Shown: positions 52,256-62,200, counted from the stretch's first letter. The stretch is DNA of 64,000 bases from a bacterium (GCA_027592325.1 JAQCKO010000004.1:192-64191), one strand, 5' to 3'. Made by a program: numbers and translations. The notes: generated by a model not told the origin, from the letters alone.

Positions 52256-53203
52256 ATGAATGGAGGGCTCAATATTCCACTTAAAACAAAACCCCGTCAG
52301 CAATTTGCCTGGCGGGTGCTTTTCATAGGAACGATGGGCGTGATTTCACTCTTTATTACACTTACTGCTGTCCACAATCTTCTTTTTTTCCCAGCATTCA
52401 CTGCACCGGAAGATAGTGTCCTTCATTGGGACATTAAGTTAACACGCAAACATCGACGTATTCTTGAAACGTATTCGCACGTTCCGCTCAAGGCAGGTTC
52501 AGGGCGAACACTCAATGATGTACTCGGCGAGAACACGCGTTTTCAACTCCATTTTGACGCAACCGGCGAGCTGATTGCGGACAGTGGAGAGGACACCGAA
52601 CGTATCTGGCAGTATAAACGGCGAGGATTACTCTTTCCATTTCAATTTGGCGCCTATATAAGCGATGAACACCACACAACGGCCGCGCTCATTATCCGAA
52701 ATGACGGCCTGTTCATCCGTGAACAGGGCAGGGAAGCTGTCTTTAGCAAAGATCATGTCTCCATTCCGGAAGAAGGACAGCTGCTCGAAAAAGATGCCTT
52801 CATTCTGCCAATCCGCGCACAGGCCCGCGATCAGCGTATTGAGGAAGCTGTAAATGTGATTGGTCGCATGGGCTTGTCTACGCTAGAGTCGACATTTGAG
52901 AACCATTCCGTCATTGAGCTACGGAGCGAAACACCCGAGATCACCTCGGTACGCATTGGTGATCGCGAAATTTTCACAATAAGCGCCGGAACGACCACGT
53001 ACTATCTTCACGTCGCCGAAGAAGCCTTCCTCACAACCATTCCCAATATAAGTTCAACGTTTGAATACCCTCATCAAGCACAGTGCCGCGGCGAAGCACA
53101 ACCTATTTCCATACAAAGTATCTGGCCGCTAAGAACATTTACCGAAATCATTTCAACCAATCAAGGCACAATGTACTGCTTCGCGCCTGTGGACAAGTTT
53201 TAA
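52256..53203 (+). CDS. Hypothetical membrane-anchored protein
   Basis: Long ORF starting right after the pnp stop; N-terminal TM. Confidence 0.65.
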   Translation: MNGGLNIPLKTKPRQQFAWRVLFIGTMGVISLFITLTAVHNLLFFPAFTAPEDSVLHWDIKLTRKHRRILETYSHVPLKAGSGRTLNDVLGENTRFQLHFDATGELIADSGEDTERIWQYKRRGLLFPFQFGAYISDEHHTTAALIIRNDGLFIREQGREAVFSKDHVSIPEEGQLLEKDAFILPIRAQARDQRIEEAVNVIGRMGLSTLESTFENHSVIELRSETPEITSVRIGDREIFTISAGTTTYYLHVAEEAFLTTIPNISSTFEYPHQAQCRGEAQPISIQSIWPLRTFTEIISTNQGTMYCFAPVDKF

Positions 53204-53268
53204 TATCTGTGGATAACCTGCGTCGCAGTCGTGGCAACAATGAACACAAGTTATGCACAGTATGCACT
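53188..53268. promoter_or_regulatory. DnaA-box cluster
   Basis: TGTGGACAA 53188, TGTGGATAA 53208 (perfect), TTATGCACA 53251, GTATGCACT 53260. Confidence 0.55.
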
Positions 53269-53298
53269 TTCGCCCTATAAACAGGATAGAAAAGATTG

Positions 53299-53326
53299 TT
53301 GACATAATGTGTTCAACTGATAGAAT
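53299..53326 (+). promoter_or_regulatory. Sigma70 promoter
   Basis: TTGACA-16 nt-TAGAAT with extended -10 TG. Confidence 0.7.
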
Positions 53327-53332
53327 AGAAGT

Positions 53333-53946
53333 ACGTTCATTCCACAACACCTCTCCAGCAACAGCTGGAACACTCAGGGGAAGTTTCCCGAAACCCCATT
53401 TTCGGGAAGCATCTCATCGCGCTACTGAATGATGATACGCTCCTTGCGTAGGGTTCACCTCACGGAATATCGGAATGTGTCATACGGAGGTAAACTGTGA
53501 TTTGGTAGAGCGAAGAGTCGCAGCGGTTGACGCCGACTATGAGTCGAGTTTTGCAAAGAGTTTTCTCTTTCCAAAACCCGGCTCAAAGGTGCGGTGTCCC
53601 AAAGCAAAGCACGGGGTGCGACCGGCAGGTAGAAAGAGACCATGCCCACGCCGCCCCACAACCGTTACGCTTCGGATACAAGCCAATAGACCGTCAGAAC
53701 GGGTACACGAATCGCGGCTACGCCCAGAACGTGTTACGCACGCTACTTGTTACTGACCGCTCGGTTACAAGTTATATTGTGCTCCGAACAATTGACGCAC
53801 CTTCGAACACGCGCCCTTTGGCGCAGAACAGAGCCAGTTTCGCTCCTATTTTATACCAAGGACGTCTCTCGCGACCCTTGCCAGGTCGCTCACTCCAGGG
53901 TACAGTACCTCTACCAGAGTAGGGAAACTGTACCCTGCTTTTAATT
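53333..53946 (+). ncRNA. Putative large structured non-coding RNA, unknown family
   Basis: More than a dozen stem-loops, long-range pairing 53502-53514 with 53839-53859, own promoter and terminator, no credible ORF. Confidence 0.5.
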
Positions 53947-53955
53947 GCACCCTAT

Positions 53956-54300
53956 ATGCGAAAGGAATTTATTGAAGAGATGAAAACAGTCCTTCAAGAT
54001 GAACAAAAGCGCCTAATGCACGCCCTAAAAAACAGTACGGCTGGAGGGAAATTTCCCGAATACGGCGACGATGAAGACGAGAATGCAAATGAAATTGCAG
54101 ATTTCACAAATAACTTGTCTGTAGATAGCCAGCTAGCAAAAGAGCTCCGGGACATTCGCTCGGCCCTCAGTCGCATTGATGATGGCACATATGGAATCGA
54201 CAAATATACAGGTGAAGAAATCGAAGAAGATCGTCTGCGTGCACGACCAACATCAACCTCTTCTGTTGCGAGTAAAAAAACCCTTACACAAGAATTTTAA
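53956..54300 (+). CDS. DksA/TraR-family protein without zinc-finger cysteines
   Basis: ALSRIDDGTYGIDKYTGEEIEEDRLRARP; coiled-coil tip DEDENA. Confidence 0.85.
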   Translation: MRKEFIEEMKTVLQDEQKRLMHALKNSTAGGKFPEYGDDEDENANEIADFTNNLSVDSQLAKELRDIRSALSRIDDGTYGIDKYTGEEIEEDRLRARPTSTSSVASKKTLTQEF

Positions 54301-54717
54301 ATGCGTACGCTGTATTTCGTGAGCGCCCTTGCGGGAGCAATCGACGTTGTTCTTAAATATCACTACGCAAAAACCCTTACACCTCATGTGAGGGTTTTTG
54401 ACACCTATCCTTTTGATCTCACGCTCCATTTTAACGAGGGTATTGCGTTTAACATTCCCGTGCCACTGCTACTGACGGTACTTGCGAGCGTGGCCATTGT
54501 CATTCTAATACTCCCTTCTCTTACAAAACCGGGTGCATCAGCATACACCTTCACCGCTCTTGTTGGCATTCTTGGAAACGCATTCGATCGTGCATGGGAT
54601 GGCGCTGTCACAGATTATCTTCTTTTCTTTACCGGAAGTGTATTCAATATTTCCGATATTCTTATCCTACTTGGCATAATTGGCATCCTCATGTACGCTG
54701 AGTATGTGAAGGACTAA
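54301..54717 (+). CDS. lspA: Lipoprotein signal peptidase II
   Basis: NEGIAF, GNAFDR, GAVTDY and VFNISD motifs. Confidence 0.85.
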   Translation: MRTLYFVSALAGAIDVVLKYHYAKTLTPHVRVFDTYPFDLTLHFNEGIAFNIPVPLLLTVLASVAIVILILPSLTKPGASAYTFTALVGILGNAFDRAWDGAVTDYLLFFTGSVFNISDILILLGIIGILMYAEYVKD

Positions 54718-54738
54718 TAAGCGCTCCCTATATGTCTT

Positions 54739-56250
54739 ATGGGATCGTTTTTTTGTTACTCGTTTGCTATTCAAGGAATTGATGCAATTCCTATTCTTGT
54801 TGAAACCGATATTAGCAATGGCTTCCCCGGCTTTCATATTGTTGGCCTGCCTGACGCCGCTGTATCTGAGGCGAGGGATCGTATTCGGAGTGCATTTCGT
54901 AACAGTGGACTTGAATTTCCGCGCACGAAAGTGACGGTGAATTTAGCACCGGCCTCTATAAAAAAACAGGGAGCAATGTACGATCTTCCTATAGCGCTCT
55001 CAATTCTCGGTGCAAGCGGTCAACTTCAAAACGAAACCGTTCGTCAAATGATCTGCGCCGGTGAACTCACACTTCGAGGTGCTATACGCCCATCAGAACG
55101 ACCACTGTTTGCCGCAGAAGCAGCGCGCAACCCGGTTTTTTGCGGATTAACTCTCGCCATTGAAGACGCACACATAGCCACGCATGCCATCGATGACCCC
55201 ATCTATTCTGCCGGAACGCTTTCTGAGCTTCTGTCTGCATTAAACCAAGGTGAACCGCGCAAAAAAATACGGCTGCCCAATGACATATCCATCCCGTACG
55301 AATGCGATATGCGTGATGTAAAGGGTCAGGAATTTGCAAAGCGCGCAAGTATGATTGCGGCAGCAGGCGGTCACAATATGCTCCTTTCTGGTCCTCCTGG
55401 AAGCGGAAAAACCCTGCTTGCTCGCACAATTCCGTCTATTCTTCCGCCACTTACACAAGGCGAGTCAATAGAAGTGACAAAAATTCACTCCCTCCGATCA
55501 TCATCTCATGTACTGATGCAGCAGCGACCATTTCGGGCGCCGCATCATACAAGCTCACATACAGCACTCGTCGGGGGAGGCAGCACGCCCAAGCCAGGCG
55601 AGGTAACATTCGCTCATCGCGGGATATTATTCCTCGATGAATTTCCTGAGTTTTCACGCAAGACGATTGAAAACCTTCGCCAACCACTGGAAGACAGGGA
55701 AGTAACCATATCTCGTGCAAGTACGTCTATTTCATTTCCGGCTTCTTTTTTACTCATTGCATCTATGAATCCCTGTCCTTGTGGATTCTCAACGGACCCA
55801 CATCACCCGTGTACCTGCACACAAACTGAGCTCACGCGATATGAGCGAAAGATCTCTGGACCTATTCTAGATCGAATCGATTTGCATATCGATATGCCAC
55901 GCGTCGAAACGGAAAAGCTTATGGAGCTTCCTGCCGGGAGAAGTTCGGAAGAATTGCGGGAAGATGTTGTGCGCGCCAGGGCAAGGCAAGAACAGCGATT
56001 TGGGTCTTCTTCAGGAAACACAAATAGCGAAATGACGGGAAATATGATTGAACGGTTCGCACAAATGAGCAAGGACGCACGAGAACTCCTTCAAGAAGCG
56101 GCTGAGGCGTATAAATACTCGGCGCGGCGATTCACGCGCACGATGAAAGTCGCACGCACCATTGCCGACCTCGCAGATTCAGACGCGATCGAAAGTGCTC
56201 ACCTCGCCGAGGCCCTCCAATATCGCGCAAAACCAAAAACGAGCGTTTAG
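54739..56250 (+). CDS. comM: YifB/ComM Mg-chelatase-like ATPase
   Basis: IVGLPDAAVSEARDR, GPPGSGKT, FLDEFPEF and MNPCPCG motifs. Confidence 0.92.
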   Translation: MGSFFCYSFAIQGIDAIPILVETDISNGFPGFHIVGLPDAAVSEARDRIRSAFRNSGLEFPRTKVTVNLAPASIKKQGAMYDLPIALSILGASGQLQNETVRQMICAGELTLRGAIRPSERPLFAAEAARNPVFCGLTLAIEDAHIATHAIDDPIYSAGTLSELLSALNQGEPRKKIRLPNDISIPYECDMRDVKGQEFAKRASMIAAAGGHNMLLSGPPGSGKTLLARTIPSILPPLTQGESIEVTKIHSLRSSSHVLMQQRPFRAPHHTSSHTALVGGGSTPKPGEVTFAHRGILFLDEFPEFSRKTIENLRQPLEDREVTISRASTSISFPASFLLIASMNPCPCGFSTDPHHPCTCTQTELTRYERKISGPILDRIDLHIDMPRVETEKLMELPAGRSSEELREDVVRARARQEQRFGSSSGNTNSEMTGNMIERFAQMSKDARELLQEAAEAYKYSARRFTRTMKVARTIADLADSDAIESAHLAEALQYRAKPKTSV

Positions 56251-56269
56251 GCTCGTTTTTGTGGGGGAG

Positions 56270-56818
56270 CTAAGCTCCAAATTTCGCGTCGTAGGCTTTT
56301 AGACATTCTTCAATGAAGGCATGTGCGGCTTCTGGGCCTTTGAATTCTCCTACCTTTACCGTGTCACGTCCTGTTTGTGGAATCTTATACGTTTCAAAGA
56401 AGGTTTTAATGTCTTTCTTTTGATACTCTGTCAGGTCATCAACCGTCTTCACGTGGTCAAAGCGTGGATCTTTCTTCGCAACGCAGAGCACTTTGTGGTC
56501 CACTTCGCCATTATCATCCATTTCCATAATCCCTATCACGCGGCCTTTTGCGAGCGTTCCCGGGTGTACAGGGAAACTGCTAAAGAGCATGACATCAAGC
56601 GGATCGTTATCACCTTCATTCCAGGTACCGGGTACATCGCAGTAGTTTACCGGGTAGACATTCGGCCCGTAGAGCACGCGGTCGAGCACGAGCGCGCCAA
56701 GATCTTTGTCGAATTCGTATTTATTTGCACATCCTTCAGGAATTTCAACAAGCACCATGAGTTCTTCTGGCGCGTTTTCCTGTTTGATCCGATGAAAAAG
56801 AGAATAGTGATTGTCCAT
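56270..56818 (-). CDS. ppa: Inorganic pyrophosphatase (family I)
   Basis: NKYEFDK, LDRVL, YPVNY, DNDPLD and FFETYK motifs. Confidence 0.95.
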   Translation of the reverse strand: MDNHYSLFHRIKQENAPEELMVLVEIPEGCANKYEFDKDLGALVLDRVLYGPNVYPVNYCDVPGTWNEGDNDPLDVMLFSSFPVHPGTLAKGRVIGIMEMDDNGEVDHKVLCVAKKDPRFDHVKTVDDLTEYQKKDIKTFFETYKIPQTGRDTVKVGEFKGPEAAHAFIEECLKAYDAKFGA

Positions 56819-56867
56819 AATTGCGGTTAGATGAGTCTAGATTAGCGGTGAGGTCGTTGTACGTCAA

Positions 56868-58058
56868 CTAACGCACGTATTCAAGCGGATTTTGGAAGCG
56901 TCCTCCAACAACAACCTCGAAGTGAAGATGCGTTCCTGTAGACCGTCCCGTTGTTCCGCAGCGCCCAATGGCCTGACCTTTCGACACCGACTGTCCAGCG
57001 GTCACATACATTGATGCGTGATGGCCGTAACGTGTCGTCATGCCGTTTCCATGATTAATTTCAACGGTGTATCCATAGCCACCTTTCCATCCGGCGAATT
57101 GTACGACACCGTCATCGGCTGCGTAGTTATCATTCGTAAAGTGACAATCAATGTCGATTCCTGTGTGCGTCCACCCATAGTACTGCGTAATGAGCCGAAG
57201 ATCCGTTGGCCACACCATTCCTCGCGCTGCCGATACTTGTGGTGCGCTCGTGACGGGTGCAGGTGTAAAGACATTCGACACCGAAGCTGGACGAGAGACA
57301 GGAGCCGGGGCTGAAACTGTCCCCCCAGGAATAATTAAGCTCTCTCCAACGACAATATCTTCCGCACTCGCGAGTGCATTATAACGAACAATTTCCACTT
57401 CTTCGACATCATACTTCTTTGCAAGCGAACCTACGGTATCACCGCGTGCCACTTCGTGCTGAACACCAGATGTTGGTAAAATGACAAGTTCAAGCCCTGG
57501 CTTAATCGTAGATCGAACGGTTAAATCATTCGCCCAAAGAAGCGTGTTAAGAGAGATACTAAATCGCTCCGCAATGGTTGACGTCGTGTCTCCTTCTGCA
57601 ACGACATAAGTGAAAATATTGGTTCGAATATCTTGACTAATGGCATTGCCGGGCGCAATAAGCGTCCCGCGAGAAAACTCTTCAAACGAAAATACCGGCA
57701 GATCAATCCCTTGCGCCATCGCGGTAAGAGATGTTTGCGGAGCATATTGTATAGGGACAGATGGAACAAAGTTTTCCCGTACTGCAACCTCTTCAATAAC
57801 ACTGAGCCCCTCGCTCGCGACCAGTGCATAAAGATGACTTTTGTCACCAAATGTTTCGGCGCGTACACCTTCTGTCTGCACGTTCAAAATCACAACAAAC
57901 GCCACCAGCACACCGACTACAACATGGATAGCAAAACGATTTGCTGTAAGCGCCATTAACCGATTCTTTGCAGGGCCCAAAAAACGATCTAGGCGTTTTT
58001 TAAAGCGATAGATAAGACGATACACGGGAACAATAACGGTCAGGATTCCTTTGAGCAC
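56868..58058 (-). CDS. LysM x2 plus M23 peptidase; true start may be upstream
   Basis: Two LysM repeats, HTGID, YGHH and TGTHLHFEV motifs. Confidence 0.92.
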   Translation of the reverse strand: MLKGILTVIVPVYRLIYRFKKRLDRFLGPAKNRLMALTANRFAIHVVVGVLVAFVVILNVQTEGVRAETFGDKSHLYALVASEGLSVIEEVAVRENFVPSVPIQYAPQTSLTAMAQGIDLPVFSFEEFSRGTLIAPGNAISQDIRTNIFTYVVAEGDTTSTIAERFSISLNTLLWANDLTVRSTIKPGLELVILPTSGVQHEVARGDTVGSLAKKYDVEEVEIVRYNALASAEDIVVGESLIIPGGTVSAPAPVSRPASVSNVFTPAPVTSAPQVSAARGMVWPTDLRLITQYYGWTHTGIDIDCHFTNDNYAADDGVVQFAGWKGGYGYTVEINHGNGMTTRYGHHASMYVTAGQSVSKGQAIGRCGTTGRSTGTHLHFEVVVGGRFQNPLEYVR

Positions 58059-58311
58059 GTTCTTAAAGATCCGTGATGTGGGGCGAAAAACAAGAACAAG
58101 TACACGCTTTAGCCCGATGAGTGCATGTATGAATCTAAGCCCTATCCATGTAGCCAGACGTTTGATTGTGCTGTTTGCCGAAATAGAGAGAATTTAGCCT
58201 AAACGGTAGCGCGAGCAGAGCCATTTGTCAACTGCAAAATCAGCAAGTATCTCGCTCGAAAACCACGTCTACATTGACAAAATTGGTTGTGACAGCTAGT
58301 CTTCTGCCATT

Positions 58312-59595
58312 ATGGCGCATACAATCGACACAAAAGACAATAAAGCAACGCTTACGATCACCATTCCTCAGGACGCCGTTCTCGCAGGAATGCAAAAAGC
58401 GGCGCAAGAACTTTCAAAAGATGTAAAAATCCCTGGATTCCGTCCAGGGAAGGCTGACTATAGCGCGCTAAAGCAGCGCTTTGGGGAAATGGCGATTCTC
58501 GAAGCTGCGGTAGAGCCGCTCATTCGTCAGCATTTTTCTGCAGTGATGCTGGAAGAAAACCTCGAAACGGTAGGACAACCTTATTTTAATGTTGAAAAAA
58601 TGGCGCCCGGGAATGACCTTGTGTTTACAGCGGAGATTGCCCTGTATCCAAAAATCACCAAGCTTGCTGATATCAAGAAGATCAAGGTTAAGCGCGAAAA
58701 AGCTGAAGCAACGGAAGAAGATATTGAGACCGCTCTTCGTGATCTCACACGCATGCAAACAAAAGAAGTCCGCCGCAATTCAGATTCCGTGATTGAAGAG
58801 GGTGATAAGGCCGTTGTGAACCTTATCATGAAGGAGGGAGCTGTTGTTCTTGAAGGCGGAGAAGGCCGTGATCACGGGGTATATACAGGGGAAGAGCATT
58901 ATATTCCTGGGTTCGTGCAGGAAATCATCGGCTTAAAAGAAGGGGATAAAAAGACATTCGATTTAGCATTCCCAAAAGATCATTATCAGAGCTTTCTTGC
59001 CGGCAAGAACATCACCTTTGAAGTAGAGATTAAAGAGATTTTCGAGCTACAGTCGCCAGAAATTGATGCTGCGTTTGCAAAAGGACTTGGATTCGACGGG
59101 AAAGACAAGCTTGAAGCAGCAATTAGGGAGAATATCGGAGCAGAAAAGAAGATGAAAGAAGCGCAGCGATTTGAAAAAGAGGCGCTCGATGCTCTTTGTG
59201 AGAAAACAAAATTCGAGACGATTCCTGATCTTTTGATTAATCAAGAGATAGAGAAGATGATTGAGGAATTAACGCATCATCTTGAGGGGCAGGGCCTCGA
59301 CTTTGAGAGCTATTTGAAGCAAATTGGAAAGACGCTTGCGGAATTGAAGCTCGACATGACCAAAGGAGCAAAGCGGCGTATTGAAGTTGGGATTATCATT
59401 AGCCATATTGCGAAAGAGGATGGGATTACGGCTGATGAGAACGCTATTGACGAAGAGCTCGATAAGATGGCTGAGCATTACAAAGACAATAAAGACATGC
59501 AAAAACGCATTTACGAACCGGTGTTCCGAGACTATGTGGAGCGGCAACTGACGCAGAAAAAGACCGTTGAGTATCTTCTTCAAAACATCGCCTAA
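58312..59595 (+). CDS. tig: Trigger factor
   Basis: IPGFRPGKA; FKBP domain YIPGF...FPKDH. Confidence 0.96.
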   Translation: MAHTIDTKDNKATLTITIPQDAVLAGMQKAAQELSKDVKIPGFRPGKADYSALKQRFGEMAILEAAVEPLIRQHFSAVMLEENLETVGQPYFNVEKMAPGNDLVFTAEIALYPKITKLADIKKIKVKREKAEATEEDIETALRDLTRMQTKEVRRNSDSVIEEGDKAVVNLIMKEGAVVLEGGEGRDHGVYTGEEHYIPGFVQEIIGLKEGDKKTFDLAFPKDHYQSFLAGKNITFEVEIKEIFELQSPEIDAAFAKGLGFDGKDKLEAAIRENIGAEKKMKEAQRFEKEALDALCEKTKFETIPDLLINQEIEKMIEELTHHLEGQGLDFESYLKQIGKTLAELKLDMTKGAKRRIEVGIIISHIAKEDGITADENAIDEELDKMAEHYKDNKDMQKRIYEPVFRDYVERQLTQKKTVEYLLQNIA

Positions 59596-59638
59596 ATAAA
59601 AATGCCCCGAAAGGGGTGTTTTTGGTAACCTGATCACA

Positions 59639-59896
59639 ATGCTCCTCACCATACTTGTAAAACCAAATAGTCATCAAACGAAAATCGTCGGGTGGCGCGA
59701 TCGATCAACTGTTGTGATTGCGGTTTGCGAACCGGCCGTCGACGGCAAGGCAAATCGGGCATTGATTCTATTTCTTGCAAAAAGACTCAATCTCCCGAAA
59801 TCGCGTGTTGAAATCAGGCGCGGACAAAGCGGACGCGTAAAACACGTGCACCTTCCCGACGACGCCAACTTACGGCTTATCGATCCCGCCCGCTGA
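59639..59896 (+). CDS. DUF167 (YggU-like) protein
   Basis: VKPNS, PAVDGKANRALI and GQSGRVK motifs. Confidence 0.88.
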   Translation: MLLTILVKPNSHQTKIVGWRDRSTVVIAVCEPAVDGKANRALILFLAKRLNLPKSRVEIRRGQSGRVKHVHLPDDANLRLIDPAR

Positions 59897-60109
59897 CCAG
59901 GGATTACAACGAACAATACGCCACAATCCCATCAAATAGCCGCGCACGATGCCACGCTTTAGCACCGCGCGGCAGGTATATTCTGAACAACTGGGGTGAA
60001 AGCGGCAATACCCATAAGGATACAATGCCTTCATGGGCCCATGATCAGGCGAAAGCGTCTTTTGATACAGACGAATCGGCAGAATGGCAAATCTTCTAAA
60101 GAGACTCAT
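59870..60109 (-). CDS. yidD: Membrane protein insertion efficiency factor YidD
   Basis: CRFHPSCSEY...RIVRCNPWSAGG. Confidence 0.93.
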   Translation of the reverse strand: MSLFRRFAILPIRLYQKTLSPDHGPMKALYPYGYCRFHPSCSEYTCRAVLKRGIVRGYLMGLWRIVRCNPWSAGGIDKP

Positions 60110-60443
60110 AAAGCCCCGCTTTTTTCACGACATGCAAAAATTTTGTGCGTAACTCTTCATATGAGCTATCGAGTGCCGGCTTTGAAACGAGAAGCATGAC
60201 ATCGTATCCGCCGACCAATCGCGGCAACATTTCGCGCAGCAGAGCGCGGTACTGTCGCTTCAACCTGTTCCGTACAACAGCTTTTTTGCTGACTTTTAAC
60301 CCAACAACCACGGCAAAACGCGAAACTTTTAGCCCGTTTTTACGAAATTTAATGCCGCAAACGGGGTCAAAGGAACTTTTCCCCTGTTTATACACAAGCT
60401 CAATGTCTTGTGTTTTTTTTAGTCGATATCCGTGTGAAAGCAT
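60096..60443 (-). CDS. rnpA: Ribonuclease P protein component
   Basis: RFAVVVGLKVSKKAVVRNRLKR; ATG at 60443. Confidence 0.93.
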   Translation of the reverse strand: MLSHGYRLKKTQDIELVYKQGKSSFDPVCGIKFRKNGLKVSRFAVVVGLKVSKKAVVRNRLKRQYRALLREMLPRLVGGYDVMLLVSKPALDSSYEELRTKFLHVVKKAGLYESL

Positions 60444-60484
60444 AAGGAGAGTATACAAGAACAAGGCCCGGAAGGCCTTGTTCT

Positions 60485-60637
60485 TTATCGTGGGCGAGCC
60501 GCGACCGCAAGACGCTTTCGTCCTTTGAGTCGCCGGCGCTTGAGAAGCGCGCGTCCAGCTGCCTTTCGCATGCGTGCGCGGAAACCGTGCTTGCGTGCGC
60601 GTCGCCGTTTTTTTGGCTGATAGGTGCGCTTTGGCAT
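60485..60637 (-). CDS. rpmH: 50S ribosomal protein L34 (absent from the ORF track)
   Basis: [50 protein letters not shown]. Confidence 0.96.
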   Translation of the reverse strand: MPKRTYQPKKRRRARKHGFRARMRKAAGRALLKRRRLKGRKRLAVAARPR

Positions 60638-60793
60638 AGTTCTGAGTTAATTTGCCTAAACAAAAGTGAGACGAGCGTAGCACACAGGATCTTTTCCGTC
60701 AAGCGACACGCAATTCTATTTACAATACTTGTAGGCTGTGGATATGTAGGTTAAACTGAGGCTAGTTTTGTCTTATTAGCTCATGCATTTCTT

Positions 60794-62200
60794 ATGAATA
60801 CTCACGAACTTTGGCAGGCCGCGCTCGCGGAACTTGAACTAAAGCTCTCCAAGGCACATTTCACAACATGGTTTAAGCAAACGTTTATTGTTTCTTGTAC
60901 GGAGGGTGATGTCACCATTGCCGTACCGAATAGCTTTACTCGCACATGGCTTTCAAAGAAGTATCAGCGGCAAATCACCGAAGCGCTCGAGCGTGCGCTC
61001 GAGGCGCCCGTGAGGAAAATTGGATACGAGGTTGAGCTCAAAACGCCCGATCCGGCGCCTGTCATTTTTGAGACCGTGCAAAAGGCCCCTGTACCAGAAT
61101 ATACATCCACCGAAGATTTATATGGATTCAGCACAGGAAGCAGTACACCCGTACAAGATGCGCCTCGGGGTAATGTCACCATTAATCCATCCTATACCTT
61201 CGATTCGTACGTTGTAGGAAAGCAGAACGAGCTTGCGCATGCCGCTGCACAGGCCGTTGCTATGCGACCCGGTGGAACATATAATCCCGTTTTTATATAT
61301 GGTGGCGTGGGACTGGGAAAAACCCATTTACTTCACTCTATCGCAAATACCATCCTCCGAAATTCTCCAAATGCAAATGTGCTTTATGTGACTTGCGAAC
61401 ACTTCACCAATGACTTCATTCAGTCTGTCCGTAGCGGACGAGCAAAAGATTTTAAAGATCGCTATCGTAACGTTGACTTGCTCCTCATTGATGATATTCA
61501 GTTCATCACAGGAAAAGAAGGAACACAGGAAGAATTTTTTCACACGTTCAACACCCTTCACCAAAACAACCGCCAAATCGTCATTTCATCGGATAGGCCC
61601 CCAAAATCTATTGCATCTCTTGAAAAACGCTTGCTTTCACGCCTTGAGTGGGGAATGCTCGTCGATGTTGGTGCGCCGGACCTTGAAACGCGTATCGCGA
61701 TTTTAGAATCAAAAAGCATTCAAAAAGGCTTCCCTCTTGGAAAGGAGCTCTTGCATCATGTCGCGGACCGCATCTCCTCTAATGTGCGTGAACTGGAGGG
61801 AGCACTCAATAAAATCATTGCCTATCATCAATTCAAGAACCTGAGCCCAAGCATCGAATCGATCCTCCCTGTCATTTCGTCGCTTGAATCAAGTGCCGAA
61901 CAAAAAACCGTATCACCAAAAGAAGTTATAAAAACGGTAACAAGTTATTTTGACATTGAGGTTCCTGATGTTCTTGGAAAAAGCCGTGAAAAGCGTCTGG
62001 CCTTTCCAAGGCAAATCATCATGTATCTCCTGCGTGAGGAAATGCGACTCTCTTACCCGTCTATTGGAACCGAACTTGGTGGGCGTGACCACACAACGGC
62101 CATGCACGCCTACTCAAAAATCCACAAACTTAAGGATGGAGATGAAAAGCTGCAAAGGGACCTTGAGGTAATTAAGGAGCAACTTTATACCGGTGCATAA
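60794..62200 (+). CDS. dnaA: Chromosomal replication initiator DnaA
   Basis: GGVGLGKTHL, LLLIDDIQF and GGRDHTT motifs. Confidence 0.99.
   Translation: MNTHELWQAALAELELKLSKAHFTTWFKQTFIVSCTEGDVTIAVPNSFTRTWLSKKYQRQITEALERALEAPVRKIGYEVELKTPDPAPVIFETVQKAPVPEYTSTEDLYGFSTGSSTPVQDAPRGNVTINPSYTFDSYVVGKQNELAHAAAQAVAMRPGGTYNPVFIYGGVGLGKTHLLHSIANTILRNSPNANVLYVTCEHFTNDFIQSVRSGRAKDFKDRYRNVDLLLIDDIQFITGKEGTQEEFFHTFNTLHQNNRQIVISSDRPPKSIASLEKRLLSRLEWGMLVDVGAPDLETRIAILESKSIQKGFPLGKELLHHVADRISSNVRELEGALNKIIAYHQFKNLSPSIESILPVISSLESSAEQKTVSPKEVIKTVTSYFDIEVPDVLGKSREKRLAFPRQIIMYLLREEMRLSYPSIGTELGGRDHTTAMHAYSKIHKLKDGDEKLQRDLEVIKEQLYTGA

Noticed and set aside
53475-53922. ORFs 53475-53756 and 53527-53922 as proteins
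   Set aside because: No recognisable domains; they overlap each other and run through dense hairpins and the terminator.
60096-60683. 195-aa RnpA with a long N-terminal extension
   Set aside because: The extension overlaps rpmH in another frame; the real start is 60443.
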